A stretch of 63,810 bases of DNA, filler included, from Octopus bimaculoides (taxonomy: Eukaryota), in the NCBI RefSeq assembly GCF_001194135.2. It is 5 parts of 5 records of this genome, joined end to end, with 100 filler letters (N's around TTAATTAATTAA, not from the genome) between each part and the next. Parts side by side here need not be neighbours in the genome. Positions count along the whole stretch, not along the records: positions 1 to 26,368 come from NC_069000.1; 4 more parts are not named here. One strand, given 5' to 3'. Under the pieces are notes generated by a model that did no database searches, had not been told where the DNA came from, and was given only the letters and a program-made list of their open reading frames with translations. Both the position numbers and the translations under genes were made by a program. Below are positions 1-14,094 of this stretch, piece after piece. Position 1 is the stretch's first letter. Each line of letters starts with the position of its first letter.

Positions 1-320
1 ATATATATATATATATATATATAAATATATACACATATATATACGTATGCATATGTGTGTGTGTGTTTGCCTCTGTGTGTGTACGTTTGCTACTTTCTGT
101 CAGGGAAGCGGCTTTATTCGGAACGTCGTCACAAAATAATTACTATATAAGTTTACGCCATAAAATAAAATAAAAAAACACTTCGAACCAGCAGATGTCT
201 TCATTCATTCATTCATTCATTTCCAGTGACATTAGAGGATTCTCAGAAATGGTCGTTTGATAGATTTATGTATTTTTTATAATGGAAGACTGCAAATCAT
301 TGATTATGGTGTAAATATAA

Positions 321-374
321 ACAGAGATAAACACACGACAGAGATAAACACACGACAGAGATACACACACGAAC
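321..374. repeat. 17-bp tandem repeat, 3 copies
   Basis: acagagataaacacacg repeated; third copy has one substitution. Confidence 0.9.
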
Positions 375-618
375 AAACACAGGTATATAATAGGAACATA
401 CACATACACAATGAACATACACAAAGACTATGAACATACGTCATGTACATACACACACACCATGAAAATACAGACCACATGCACACACGTTTGTCAGCGC
501 ATGCATGTATACGCCCGTATCTTACGACGCATGCGTGTAAGAATGCATATCTATATATGAGTATATATGAAAATAACTTATATGTATATTTGCATATGTA
601 AGGGCAAGAATTCATGTA

Positions 619-653
<35 letters not shown>

Positions 654-2163
654 ATGTATTTGTATATACATGGATACATGATAAGGTATATATGTGTATG
701 CATTTGTACATATGTGTAGATGTGTATATGTAAACATACAGACACAGATACATGAATCGAAACTTGTAAGATACCCGAATAGAGAAACACTATGATGTGT
801 GTGTCTGTGCGGGAATATGTGTATATAAGTATATATATATATATATNNNNNNNNNNNNNNNNNNNNNNNNNNNNNNNNNNNNNNNNNNNNNNNNNNNNNN
901 NNNNNNNNNNNNNNNNNNNNNNNNNNNNNNNNNNNNNNNNNNNNNNNNNNNNNNNNNNNNNNNNNNNNNNNNNNNNNNNNNNNNNNNNNNNNNNNNNNNN
1001 NNNNNNNNNNNNNNNNNNNNNNNNNNNNNNNNNNNNNNNNNNNNNNNNNNNNNNNNNNNNNNNNNNNNNNNNNNNNNNNNNNNNNNNNNNNNNNNNNNNN
1101 NNNNNNNNNNNNNNNNNNNNNNNNNNNNNNNNNNNNNNNNNNNNNNNNNNNNNNNNNNNNNNNNNNNNNNNNNNNNNNNNNNNNNNNNNNNNNNNNNNNN
1201 NNNNNNNNNNNNNNNNNNNNNNNNNNNNNNNNNNNNNNNNNNNNNNNNNNNNNNNNNNNNNNNNNNNNNNNNNNNNNNNNNNNNNNNNNNNNNNNNNATA
1301 CATATATACGCATGCATGTGTGTGTTTACGCCGGTATATTTATACGTACAAGCTGAGAGAGGGTGAAAGGAAAATGCGTGAGAAAGTGAGATAAAGTTAT
1401 ATTCTCAAGTCGCAAATTCAAATACATTCCGACGTAAATATGATTATTTAAATTAGTGAGATCACGCAATATTAAAAATGAGCCGAGTGCTAATGCAAAA
1501 TGCCCCATAAATCACGCATAGAGACATAGATATGTAGAAAACCAATTATGGAAAGAATATTGAGGACAATTTAAGTATATAATATGTAAGAAACGTTGCA
1601 GTGAGTTTCTGACATGCGAGCGGAATTCCATCTATTTCTTAGTCACAATGTAAATAGAAATTCCCCAGATGTTTTCATCAGCGACATTGGCCCTTAAAAG
1701 GAATCCAGTCTGCTTTGTTAGCCCATCGTTATGTGGTGCACTCAGCCATATTTATATATTTTTATGGTCAACTGTTTATACGGTATCCCACTTCAATCGG
1801 TTGGAGGCGTAGAGTTTCAACTGGAACGCAAGAAACAGAATGAAGGGTGGCGGAGACGTCACCATAAATCCTCTGTGATTGATATTCTGGGTCGCTGTCA
1901 GTGGCCCCAGTACCACAGGGTCTGCCTATCTCGTATCCATTTTACCAGCCACGTCTGCACCCGTGAGAAACAATGTGCTGGTGGCACATTTGATAGATTG
2001 TCATAAGCAGGTAAGCAAAGCAATATACACCTATGAAAGAGAACACAAATGGGGTTTGAAATTTACACACACGCGCACACCCACATCCCCCCCACACGCA
2101 TATAATATATATATGTATATGGTTATATGTATATGGTTACATATATATATATATATATGCGCC

Positions 2164-2249
<86 letters not shown>

Positions 2250-3014
2250 ACATATATTCTTAAAAATTTATGCTCTTCGTATCTGGATCGAACTCCGAAC
2301 CTGATGGGTATGAACCAAACTTCTTTCTCATACGACCAATTTTTTTCTTTTCTTCTGGGTATTTTTGAAATCTGATAATTAACAATGTAATTATGACTTT
2401 CCTAACAACCCATGCAATTAGCTATGTGAATATTATCTCAGGTAACACGTGTACAACTTAATGACAGGATATTTTATCCTCTAATACAGTTGTGTTATGC
2501 ATCGTTTTTTGTTGAAAGTAGATTTTTATGATGATTGCATGCAGTTTAGTAATCAGGTTCCAGTGTTCGACTGTATATAAAATAAGGATTAAAAAAAGAA
2601 ACAACAATTTATCATAGGTTTTGTTATGCCATTATAGTTAAGGAAATATATTTATTATTATTGATGTGAGCATGTAAGTATGGATTGCCTGCTATTAGCA
2701 ACGGAGTTACAAATGAATAGTAAAGAAAAGATGTAGATTAATAGCGCGAGAAAAGCAATTCATGGCGTCTTTTAAGAGGTAAAACAAGATGGCTGAGTGC
2801 AAGCCATCAAGTGCATCTCTATATGCTTGATTTATTTGCTAGAAGTAACAACTAGCTTCCTCAATCGTTCCTCCTTTTATAATCTTAAAATAAGCAGTGC
2901 AATATTATAGCTACATCGAAAATATATACAGGATGAGATGGTTAGATAACATTTTTATTGTGTTAATACACTACGACGTACCTGGCAAGAAAACTCTACG
3001 GTATTGCAAAACGC

Positions 3015-3143
3015 ACAAGTACGGTGGTTAAGAAACTAGCATTTTTAATGATGTGATTTCAGGTTCAGTCCCATTACGTGGTACTTTGGTTGAATGCGTT
3101 TTGTTATGACCCAGGGCCGACCAGTACCTAGTGAGTGAATTTG
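3015..3143 (+). mobile_element. Degenerate SINE family A 5' portion
   Basis: aggttcagtcccattacgtggtactttgg...cccagggccgaccagtacctagtgagtgaatttg aligns with the copy at 21220. Confidence 0.5.
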
Positions 3144-3906
3144 AGCCACGTAAATTGTGTAGGAGCCCGTTGTATACGTATACGTATATATGAATGTGCG
3201 TGATGTACGTGTGTATATGTGTGTGTATGTATATGTGTATACGTGTAATAGCAACAACCCAAGAGTTGTAGGCCCATAGCCTTTGTTCTCTTCAACTGAG
3301 GATCCTGCGTTTGCTGTTCGTTTTGCATGGCGGCAACTTTTAGCGTTGCATGGAAAAATACAGAAGAGCAGTGATTTATGATTTGCGATACTCTGTGAAA
3401 ACGTGTGGTGTAAGAATGGGTTAGTGCTGGCATTGGGGGATATATAGTCAAAATATCCTCGAACATAGAGGCAGGAGTGGCTGTGAGGTGAGAAGCTTGC
3501 ATATATGTATATATGTGTGTGTGTTTGTATGTATATACATATATGTCTATTCGTGTGTATACACGTATACACATGTACATATGTGTGTGCTTATGTGCTT
3601 GTGCGCGCGCGCACTGTGTGAGTGTGTATGTGGGTGTGTTTGTGTGTGTATGTGTGTGTATATGTGTGTGTGTGTTGTGTGTGTGTGTGTGTGTGTGATA
3701 TGTGCGTACGATATAAGCTCCTACTTTACCAATAAAATAATTGATAGCTCAAAACTGCTGAAATCAATCAATAGACACTTACCAGACTATTTTATATTAA
3801 CGAAATGAAATATTTATTACATTTCAATAATTTGTAATTACCTAATTATTGCATTAAAGTAAAGGATAAATAAGTACTTCACAGGTACACACACGCACAC
3901 ATATGC

Positions 3907-3994
<88 letters not shown>

Positions 3995-4151
3995 TATATA
4001 AATATGTATATACATATGTATTTATGTATATTTATGCATACATATGTTGTACGTACGTAAAATCATATATACCTAGATAAATATACGCGAACTTACGGAT
4101 GGTTATATAGAAAGCAAGAAGTATAGAAGTAATTTGATAGATATATAGATC

Positions 4152-4227
<76 letters not shown>

Positions 4228-4274
4228 TATATGTGACATTCGTACACACAAATATGCACTTGTATTTATTATCA

Positions 4275-4538
4275 CACTGCGTGGCACCTTAGGCAAGTCT
4301 CTTCTACTATAGCCTCGGGCCGACCAAGGCCTTGTGAGTGGATTTGGGAGACGGAAACTGTGTATGTGCATGTGTATGTTTGTGTGTCTGTATTTGTCTC
4401 CCCACCATCGATTGACAACCGATGCTGGTGTGTTTACATCCCCGTAACTTAGTGTTTCGAAATAATAGGTGCTGGCAGTGCCCCAGCATGACCACAGTCA
4501 AAAGACTGAAACAAGTAAAAAAATAAAAGAATAAAAGA
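4275..4538 (+). mobile_element. SINE family A, 5'-truncated with internal deletion
   Basis: cactgcgtggcaccttaggcaagtctcttctactatagcctcgggccgacc...gactgaaacaagtaaaa shared with copies at 21220 and 44488. Confidence 0.85.
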
Positions 4539-5911
4539 ATCCTATTAACATCATGTAATGGAAGACGCTTCTTATTCGTCATTCAGATTNNNNNNNNNNN
4601 NNNNNNNNNNNNNNNNNNNNNNNNNNNNNNNNNNNNNNNNNNNNNNNNNNNNNNNNNNNNNNNNNNNNNNNNNNNNNNNNNNNNNNNNNNNNNNNNNNNN
4701 NNNNNNNNNNNNNNNNNNNNNNNNNNNNNNNNNNNNNNNNNNNNNNNNNNNNNNNNNNNNNNNNNNNNNNNNNNNNNNNNNNNNNNNNNNNNNNNNNNNN
4801 NNNNNNNNNNNNNNNNNNNNNNNNNNNNNNNNNNNNNNNNNNNNNNNNNNNNNNNNNNNNNNNNNNNNNNNNNNNNNNNNNNNNNNNNNNNNNNNNNNNN
4901 NNNNNNNNNNNNNNNNNNNNNNNNNNNNNNNNNNNNNNNNNNNNNNNNNNNNNNNNNNNNNNNNNNNNNNNNNNNNNNNNNNNNNNNNNNNNNNNNNNNN
5001 NNNNNNNNNNNNNNNNNNNNNNNNNNNNNNNNNNNNNNNNNNNNNNNNNNNNNNNNNNNNNNNNNNNNNNNNNNNNNNNNNNNNNNNNNNNNNNNNNNNN
5101 NNNNNNNNNNNNNNNNNNNNNNNNNNNNNNNNNNNNNNNNNNNNNNNNNNNNNNNNNNNNNNNNNNNNNTATATATATATATATATATATATGTCATATA
5201 TATATATATGCCTATATACATATATATATAAATTCGTAGATAAATGCATATATCACCACTCACACAACGTCGCGTGCGTACACTTATACACACAAACACA
5301 CACGCTTACTCACATAGGCTTGATATCTAAATTATAAAATAAAACATCTATTGTGCAGATAACGTCATAACGTGGTTATCTGCTATAATCCTGCAAGTGA
5401 GGAAGAAATTGTCAGATTCCAATGTTATTCTAAGCTGCCAATAATATTATAATATTAAGATATCTCCGAAATATCATTAGATAAAAATTTCGAAAAAAAA
5501 AGTAGAAATTCATGCGACAATAGGATAAAAACTGGTGAATAATATCGAAGTAAATCAAATTTTTATAAATCATTTCAGCATTTTACTTCCCTTCTTCTTG
5601 AAGGATTTCATTATGTTTAATCTACAGAAGAATAAAGTTAGTTTCCATAACGTGGGAAAATAATAGCTAAATCGTGTTAGACAAGACTCTTTGTGACAAT
5701 TTCAGACTCGCTACTACAAAATGGCTGTCATGTTTAGCCTCAGGTTACGCTCTTTAGATTTGTCTGGAAAGAGAGATTGTATATAATTGTATATAAGGTA
5801 GACTATCCTGTGTCGTTTACTTGGTTTTGTCATAGAACAGCCACTATGCTAGGGCACCGTTTTCAATTGCTTACTCGAACAAATCCATTGCCGTGTATAT
5901 TTTTAAAGCCT

Positions 5912-6004
5912 GGTGTTTGTTCTATGATGTTTGTTCTATGGTGTTTGTTCTATGATGTTTGTTCTATGGTGTTTGTTCTATGATGTTTGTTCTATGGTGT
6001 TTGT
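5912..6004. repeat. 14-bp minisatellite with alternating variants
   Basis: gtttgttctatgat and gtttgttctatggt alternate, about 6.5 units. Confidence 0.95.
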
Positions 6005-6130
6005 TTGGGTTTTTTTTAACCGCTGAGGTACGGTGAGATAAAGAAACCAAACTAGTTATCAAGCGGATAAACACCACCACAAATACACACACACACACTC
6101 ACATTCATACACACGCACATACAAATTCAC

Positions 6131-6258
6131 TCACAAGTCTTTCGTCAGCCCGCGGTTGCAGTAGAAGGCGCTTAGCAAAGGTGCAACGCAGCGGCACTGA
6201 ACCCCGGACTCCTTGGTTGGGAAGTAAACTTCTTAACTAAACGCCCACATCTGCACCT
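6131..6258 (-). mobile_element. SINE family A head
   Basis: Reverse complement gives aggtgcagatgtggg...cttcccaaccaaggagtccggggttcagtgccgctgcgttgcacctttg. Confidence 0.7.
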
Positions 6259-7942
6259 ATGTTTGAAAAGAAAGCCAACAAACAGGCCTGAAACTAGGAG
6301 TGGAGGTCTAAGTGATCACTTGATATGCTAGGATTAGCAGCCAAATGAAATAAGGTTTTGAACTTAATAAATCTCTGAACAGTCGCAGATGTAGCTGTAT
6401 GGGGAAAAGGTTGCTTCCCAACCACACAGTTCCGAGTTCAGTCCACCTCGTGACAACTTGCACGTGTTTTCTATAAGGGGAATCTTTTTTCGAAATATTG
6501 TAGATACATTTAACATCCTATTTAAGGTAATACAATATCTTTACTCTTTGTTTGCTGTTATTAAATTTACTTTGCCAAATTTGCCTAATCTTTAATTTCC
6601 TTCTTTCAAATACGTTTATCATTTATGTTGTTTATCCTCTGGTCTGTGTTAATGAAGACTTTTCTTTCATCAAATGTATTCTAGTTGTAAGAAAATTGTA
6701 TATTCAGGCTTTACTACAACTTATCTAATATGAACTTCACATTTTCAAAAGACTAATATTTGATGTAGGATATCTAGACCCACTGCATATAAGTTCTAGA
6801 CATACTATGACACAGTAATACCGGTGTTACTTGTATTAATACGAACTTCACTTCTTAAAAGTATGAGATGTGATTTGATCTCAATATGATGTGGTGTTAG
6901 CAAGCCCACAGCAACCACGTGGTTCTAGCCTTTGACATGTCAGGCCATTTATTTCAAATTATTTAAACTCGATTCAAAACAAGCTTATCCTTTCTTAGTC
7001 ATGTTCTGTTGAGCACATTATTACTTCAGAGAAAAGTGATCAATCTCTTGATCAATATTTGGATCTGGCGCTTACTAGCACAGTCGTTAGAACGTTAGAA
7101 TGAATGCTTCATGTTGTTTGTTAAAGCTCAGATTAGGGTTTCAATTCTATGAAGGATAACTTTGTTTTCCATTCTGTCTGTCTCGATAAATAAAGAATCA
7201 ATCCCAAGCTGCGAATTAATGAAATTCTGATCATGTTGATTTATGAGCGTTTCAATAATCTGCTCGGAGTTCATATTCCGTCTAGAGGTTCGAATCATAC
7301 AGTTGGACACAACATCGCAACCAACGCGAGATTCCAGGGAAGACAAAATCAAACTGTTGTAACAACATATATCTACGAATGTGAGGCTTGTCATGAACCT
7401 CGGTTCAGATGTGGCATAGATGCAGCGGATTTGAAAACGAAAAACTTGAGAGAAATCGAACTCACGATTCCTGCATTAGTTTAATTTAATTCCCGGGAGA
7501 ATAACCTCAGAGTTTTGGAAATCTTGGAAACATGCTGGACGAGTAGGAATTGCAGCAGCCGCCGATATGCCTCAACAAGCATTCTATATGGAAAGATAAA
7601 TTATCCGCTGTTCTCGTTATCGCTATAGCCTGGTGGCTCCAGTAACTTCCCTGTGGATCTCCATATTACGTAAATGAATTAACTTTCGTTTTCTCCAACA
7701 TAAAACATATCAAATCCAGTTCAGTAGATAATTTGAAAGAATGAAATATCAGAAAACCACCGAGGCAAATGGTATAAACTTAAATGTCTGATTATATGCA
7801 TCGTATACATACATACATANNNNNNNNNNNNNNNNNNNNNNNNNNNNNNNNNNNNNNNNNNNNNNNNNNNNNNNNNNNNNNNNNNNNNNNNNNNNNNNNN
7901 NNNNNNNNNNNNNNNNNNNNNNNNNNNNNNNNNNNNNNNNNN

Positions 7943-7973
<31 letters not shown>

Positions 7974-8556
7974 CTGTACAACGGCTACGTTTGAAAACAC
8001 AGACGTCTTTCTAATTTTTAAAGCATGAAATGAAATGCTCTAAATAAAAATACATAAGCAAACGGAATAGCTTCAACGTGGTCAGTCCATGGTGCTTAAG
8101 ATAATAGTTAAATCTTCGCCAAACCACGTATAACAGTTTGAAAATGGAGGAAGAAACATTCGATAAGGTAATTACTTTTCTGTTTTAATCCTAGTACGTA
8201 TTACATTTGTATATTTTGATCGAACTGCAAGGTTAGAGTGATATAAACAAACTATCATCGGTTGTCAAGTGATGATAGATAGTGACAAACACACACGAGC
8301 ACATTTGTATACAATGGGGTTCCGTACAGTTTCTGTCAACCGAATTAAATCGCAAAGTCGTTGTCAGGCAACGAATAGGTAGAAGAATAGAGGACTTGGT
8401 CGAAGCGCTGTCAGTGGGACTAATACCAAACTCACATAAATGGGAAGTTAGTTTTCTTTAACCACACAGCCTTATCCTCGCCCTTTCTCGGGTTAAATCC
8501 CCAAAGAGAGAAAGAGGAAAAAGAGAGAGAAAGAGATATAGAGTGTGTGTGTGTGT

Positions 8557-8635
<79 letters not shown>

Positions 8636-9315
8636 TGTGTGTGTGTGTGTGTGTGTCTTTCTGAAGAAAAAAAGCAAATAAGACGTTCCGGTCTTGATGA
8701 GAATGTCTTTTGACATAGGTGGGCACACGATAAAAGAATGAATCGATTAATAACAACCAGATCGCTGTCTTCGACAATAATATATTCCAGGTAAAATCCC
8801 CAGAGGAAGAGAGAAAGAGAGAAAGATGAAGAGAAGAGAGTGCTTTCTCGAAATATAACCCGGAGATATTGTATCCTATTAATGCCAATGTAATCCTTTT
8901 TCTGTATGTTACTTCACGGTGGAAGCTAAAGACATGTTTCCATGAATATATTTATGTTGCATACATTTGTGCATCATTTGTTGTGTCTGCATATATTTGA
9001 ATGTGGCAGCTTCGTTAGAGACTCGCGTGAAATGGATTCTGTCCCTCAGTGTTCGAATCCGTCAAATCTCGGCCTTATTCTCTTTTCACCCTTGCTGAAA
9101 CGATAAATAAAGTGCTAATCTAATACTGGAGTTATATACTTCACTCTCTTTCTCTCTGTCTCTCTTTAGATTTACTCTACAAAGATATAATTTTGTCACA
9201 GAAAGTAGAATATTTTTTTTATTTTCCCGAGCGTCAAACTATTACAGTTTTTTGTTGTTCAAACTCGTCTTCGTCTTTTGTTTACCTATAAATTGCAACT
9301 ATATGTGTGCGTGTG

Positions 9316-9405
<90 letters not shown>

Positions 9406-10149
9406 TGCGTTTTGCAAACAGCTTGCAGATGCAAGTGCTACCGGACGCCAGCAAAGGTATGAGATCACCAGGTGAAAATGCGCGTCGTTTCGGGGCCGAC
9501 CTCTCGACGGCATTATTGCGTACCCCAGCCCTCACTGAAATGAGGTCCCGCTTGTTAGATCATCTAGTAATAGGTTATGTAACAATTATGTAGAGACTTT
9601 TGCTAAAGGGACTATGGGCAATGAAATGCTTTTTAAATGCTACTAAATATTATTTTCGAAAATTACTATGAATATCGACAGATAATAATGCTTAACGAAA
9701 CATTCTATAGATTTTTAATTTACTTCTCTAGCATTTGAAAGAATGAAACGGAATATGTCGATGCTGCAATTTCAAATAAAGATGCCTGTGTTGCAGCCTG
9801 GCGTTTTGAGAAACTCACTAAAATTAATTGTGTAATTTAACAATTTTTACTTTTTCTTTTCTTTTTTTCCTTTTTTTTTTTTGGCAGTCATTTCAATCTC
9901 AGGTAGCACTTAAAAAAACTCTAAAATAAAACAATTCTATCATTTAAATTAAGCAATTGCGATAGATTGATACCTGCGTTTATTTATTTTTCTTATTGAT
10001 GCTATTGTTGTTGAGAGTTAATGAAAAACTATGCTTCATGAATAATTACATCTGCTCACAGAGGATTCAGTGTTGATTAAAAGTGGATAGATTCACTGTC
10101 CTGTAATCTAACACAGCTGATTTATATATAGAAGTAGAGAAAAATGCCA

Positions 10150-10285
10150 TACTTATTTACATTATTTACATTTGACAGACATTTGTCCTCATTTTGTTTG
10201 TTGTTAACACAACGTTTCGGCTGATATACCCTCCAGCCTTCATCAGGTGTCTTAGGGAAATTTCGAACCTCATGCATAGTGAATG
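10150..10285 (-). mobile_element. Penelope-like terminal-repeat fragment
   Basis: Contains the CTGATGAAGG...CCGAAACGTT motif typical of Penelope-like element ends, followed by a TGTAAATAA-repeat tail; boundaries approximate. Confidence 0.5.
10206..10251 (-). ncRNA. Minimal type I hammerhead ribozyme motif (Penelope-like element type)
   Basis: Minus strand reads GACAC-CUGAUGA-A-GGCUG(GAGGGUAUAU)CAGCC-GAA-ACGU-U-GUGUU. Intact CUGANGA/GAAA core, 5-bp stem II, 5-bp stem I (GACAC/GUGUU), loopless palindromic ACGU helix III, GUU cleavage triplet. Confidence 0.75.
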
Positions 10286-10558
10286 TAGAATTCCTATCAT
10301 TCAATACGCTCTTCATTCTTAAAAGGCGATTTTGGAAGGTTATTGGCTCTTGTTTGTTGTAGGTCGAGAAATCATGTAGCTGCTTTTTAGTTGAAAGAGA
10401 GGAAAGTGAAAAAAGAATTAATACAGAGGAAGAAAAGGAGGGAAAAGAGACCATAATTGAGAGGTGGTGAGATGAATGAGAGATAGTGAGTGTCAGAGAA
10501 CGAAAGAAAAAGATGATATTGATATGATGAGATTATCGGGAAACAGAAAAAGAAAACA

Positions 10559-10755
10559 CACTGGCATTCCGTCGGTTACGACGATGAGTGCCCCAGTTGA
10601 TCCGATCAACGGAATAGCCTGCTCGTGAAATTACGGTTCAAATAGCTGATCGCTCCAGAGGCACGCGTACACTTAAAGAGGTTCTGAGGAAGATTGATCT
10701 TTACACTCCTAACAGGACAGGACTGGCCCTTTGAAATACAAGCACTGGTCATGAA
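10559..10755 (-). mobile_element. SINE family B 3' half
   Basis: Reverse complement of the tail gctgttccgttgatcggatcaactgg...gtcgtaaccgacggagtgccag seen at 24470-24530 and 38090-38150. Confidence 0.75.
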
Positions 10756-12157
10756 AAGGAGGATGTGATATGAGAGAAATAATTTTGGTCAAAACCGAAA
10801 GAAAAATCTTTCTGTTGAATTTAACAGAAGACATTTATCGTTGGGCGTTAACTATCAGTGTTTGTTTAACTCACTGCCGACAACATCATTACGTAAGAGA
10901 TAAGTGAATAGTTTCAAGGATTAAATCAAAACGTGCAATGTTCGCTGCTTCTACATGCAGGTCAAAAAGAAGAAAGAGGGAGGAAGGGATGAGGAGGAGG
11001 GTGAAGAGGAGGAGGAGGGTGAGGAGGAGGAGGGTGAGAAGGAGGAGTGGAGGAGAAACGAAATTTTAAAAAGAATACTTTATATGGACGATAAGACAAA
11101 TGTAGGATTGTATCACATTTCACATATTTTTCAAAGAACAAGTACACCTTTTATTTTACACCGATTCACCTATGACCTTCTCTCAGCCAGGTTTTCAAAC
11201 GCAATCACTCTATATATCTCACCCACATTTTCTTTNNNNNNNNNNNNNNNNNNNNNNNNNNNNNNNNNNNNNNNNNNNNNNNNNNNNNNNNNNNNNNNNN
11301 NNNNNNNNNNNNNNNNNNNNNNNNNNNNNNNNNNNNNNNNNNNNNNNNNNNNNNNNNNNNNNNNNNNNNNNNNNNNNNNNNNNNNNNNNNNNNNNNNNNN
11401 NNNNNNNNNNNNNNNNNNNNNNNNNNNNNNNNNNNNNNNNNNNNNNNNNNNNNNNNNNNNNNNNNNNNNNNNNNNNNNNNNNNNNNNNNNNNNNNNNNNN
11501 NNNNNNNNNNNNNNNNNNNNNNNNNNNNNNNNNNNNNNNNNNNNNNNNNNNNNNNNNNNNNNNNNNNNNNNNNNNNNNNNNNNNNNNNNNNNNNNNNNNN
11601 NNNNNNNNNNNNNNNNNNNNNNNNNNNNNNNNNNNNNNNNNNNNNNNNNNNNNNNNNNNNNNNNNNNNNNNNNNNNNNNNNNNNNNNNNNNNNNNNNNNN
11701 NNNNNNNNNNNNNNNNNNNNNNNNNNNNNNNNNNNNNNNNNNNNNNNNNNNNNNNNNNNNNNNNNNNNNNNNNNNNNNNNNNNNNNNNNNNNNNNNNNNN
11801 NNNNNNNNNNNNNNNNNNNNNNNNNNNNNNNNNNNNNNNNNNNNNNNNNNNNNNNNNNNNNNNNNNNNNNNNNNNNNNNNNNNNNNNNNNNNNNNNNNNN
11901 NNNNNNNNNNNNNNNNNNNNNNNNNNNNNNNNNNNNNNNNNNNNNNNNNNNNNNNNNNNNNNNNNNNNNNNNNNNNNNNNNNNNNNNNNNNNNNNNNNNN
12001 NNNNNNNNNNNNNNNNNNNNNNNNNNNNNNNNNNNNNNNNNNNNNNNNNNNNNNNNNNNNNNNNNNNNNNNNNNNNNNNNNNNNNNNNNNNNNNNTATAT
12101 ATATATATATATATATGTATGGATCTAACGATATATATAATACATATATCCATATAT

Positions 12158-12385
12158 AGGCGCAGGGGTGGCTGTGTGGTTAGTAGCTTGCTTCCCAACC
12201 GCTTGCCTCCGGGTTCAAGTGGGCAAGTGTATTCTACTATAACCTCGGGCCGACCAAAGCCTTGTGAGTGGATTGGAAATTTATCTTTATATATAAATGT
12301 ATTATTTTAGTCTTTTATTTGTTTCAGTCATTTGACTGCGGCCATGCTGGAGCGCTACCTTAAAGAGTTTTAGTCGAACAAATCC
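12158..12385. mobile_element. SINE family A head (+, 12158-12278) next to an inverted family A tail (-, 12300-12385)
   Basis: ggcgcaggggtggctgtgtggttagtagcttgcttcccaacc, then tttatttgtttcagtcatttgactgcggccatgctggagc. Confidence 0.8.
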
Positions 12386-12553
12386 TGTGTGTGTGTGAAA
12401 GAGAGAGTGAGAGAGAGAGTGAGAGAGAGAGTGTGTGTGTGTGCGCGCCTGTGTGTTAAAGTGGGAATACATACAATGTTTTACCAAGGATTCAAGTAAT
12501 GTGTTTCATATCATAAAATATGAATATATATCATATATAATCACATACGCATA

Positions 12554-12769
12554 ATCTTTTCTACTCTAGGCACAAGGCCCGAAATTCTGGGGGAGGGGCC
12601 CAGTCGATTACATCGATCCCAGTACGCAACTGGAACTTAATTTATCGACCCCGAAAAGATTAAAGACCAAATCAACCTCCGTGGAATTTGAACTCAGAAC
12701 GTAAAAACAGACGAAATACCGCTAAGCATTTCGCCCGGCGTGCTAACGATTATGCCAGCTCGTCGCCTT
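12554..12769 (-). mobile_element. SINE family C, full length (possibly Ceph-SINE-like)
   Basis: Reverse complement: aaggcgacgagctggcataatcgttagcacgccgggcgaaatgcttagcgg...gagttcaaattcc...ctttcggggtcgataaattaagttccagttgcgtactgg...ccttgtgcctagagtagaaaag. tRNA-like A/B boxes. The Ceph-SINE label is from memory. Confidence 0.85.
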
Positions 12770-13054
12770 TCACTTATGCATAATGAAAGGCGATTGAAAT
12801 AGTTATAAATGCAGGTATAATAGCTCTTCCATACATCCATCACCTATAAAATTAAATCAAGGTTTCTCTTCTACATGCAAACTTAATATCAAATTTCTCC
12901 ACCTTCTTTAAATCAAATTTAAATTATTTGAAATATTTAAGACCAAGCGAAACGGTTTTTCTATTTGGCAAAACAGACAGTAGATTTAAAATTATCTTTT
13001 ACTTTTTACCATAATCCATTTATCCAAGTATTTCTTTCTCCAATGCTGTGTGTG

Positions 13055-13096
<42 letters not shown>

Positions 13097-13986
13097 TATC
13101 ATGATTTAATATAATTAAATCGCAAGATAACAGCTGATGATACCAACAAAGCATTTCCTCAGTATTAATTTCGTTCTCTTTAGTTTGTTATTGTCAGTGA
13201 AATACATAAATCCTTCTTGAAATCGTATAACAGAGATGTTTCGTCTCAAAATCGTTGCCACTCTTTTTTCAATCTTAGTGAGTTTATCCGTAATGCATAA
13301 AAAATTCTATACTTTCGTATCATTAAAACAGGAAGCTTAAACCAGCTAATAAATTAATTATTTTCAATTAATTAATTAATCAGTTAATTTTGATTTAATG
13401 ATTAATTAAAAAATAAAACTCTATAGATATTTTCTTAAGCTGATATTTTCTCATAATAGTATTTTAGCTGTTTGCGATTTTATAATATGGCGGCGATTTA
13501 AGAGAGACTTTAGTACTTCGGGTTGAATGCTTTGTAGAATTTGTTCCGCTCTCTAATCAATGAGTTCCAATCCTGCGAAAACCAGTATTTTCTCCCATCC
13601 ATACGAAGTCGATACATAAATTATCAGCCCATTATTGATGGCCTTATTTTTTTCTATTTATCCTCTTCTAAAAAAAAAAGTAAATTTGTAAACATCGCTG
13701 AACATGGACAGACGTCGACAGGTTTGCGATTTCCGAAGTTATTCTCTATGCTACGACAGCCATCCTACGGGTATATCGCGAAAAGAAAGTCCAACGAAAG
13801 AAGAATTATTGTCTTTCATTTTTTTTTTATCTTATATAAATATGCGAAGGTTAGTGAAATTATAAAAAGTGATTTTCATTGATGAAGTTAAATTATTGAT
13901 GAGTAAAACGGATGCACCAGAAGGATTAATCAATATATAGTTGGATACAGAGTATGGCTAATAAAAGATAATAGTATAAGGTCGTG

Positions 13987-14094
<108 letters not shown>

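Noticed and set aside
1731-2016. Plus-strand ORFs ending at CAG|GTAAGC
   Set aside because: No recognisable domain and no supported partner exon or acceptor.
9400-9560. GC-rich island with ccccgaaacgac on the minus strand and small hairpins
   Set aside because: No CUGANGA core, no tRNA cloverleaf and no meaningful ORF.
10955-11060. Glu-rich ORF start (EEEGEEEEE)
   Set aside because: Degenerate (GAG)n tract running into an N-gap.
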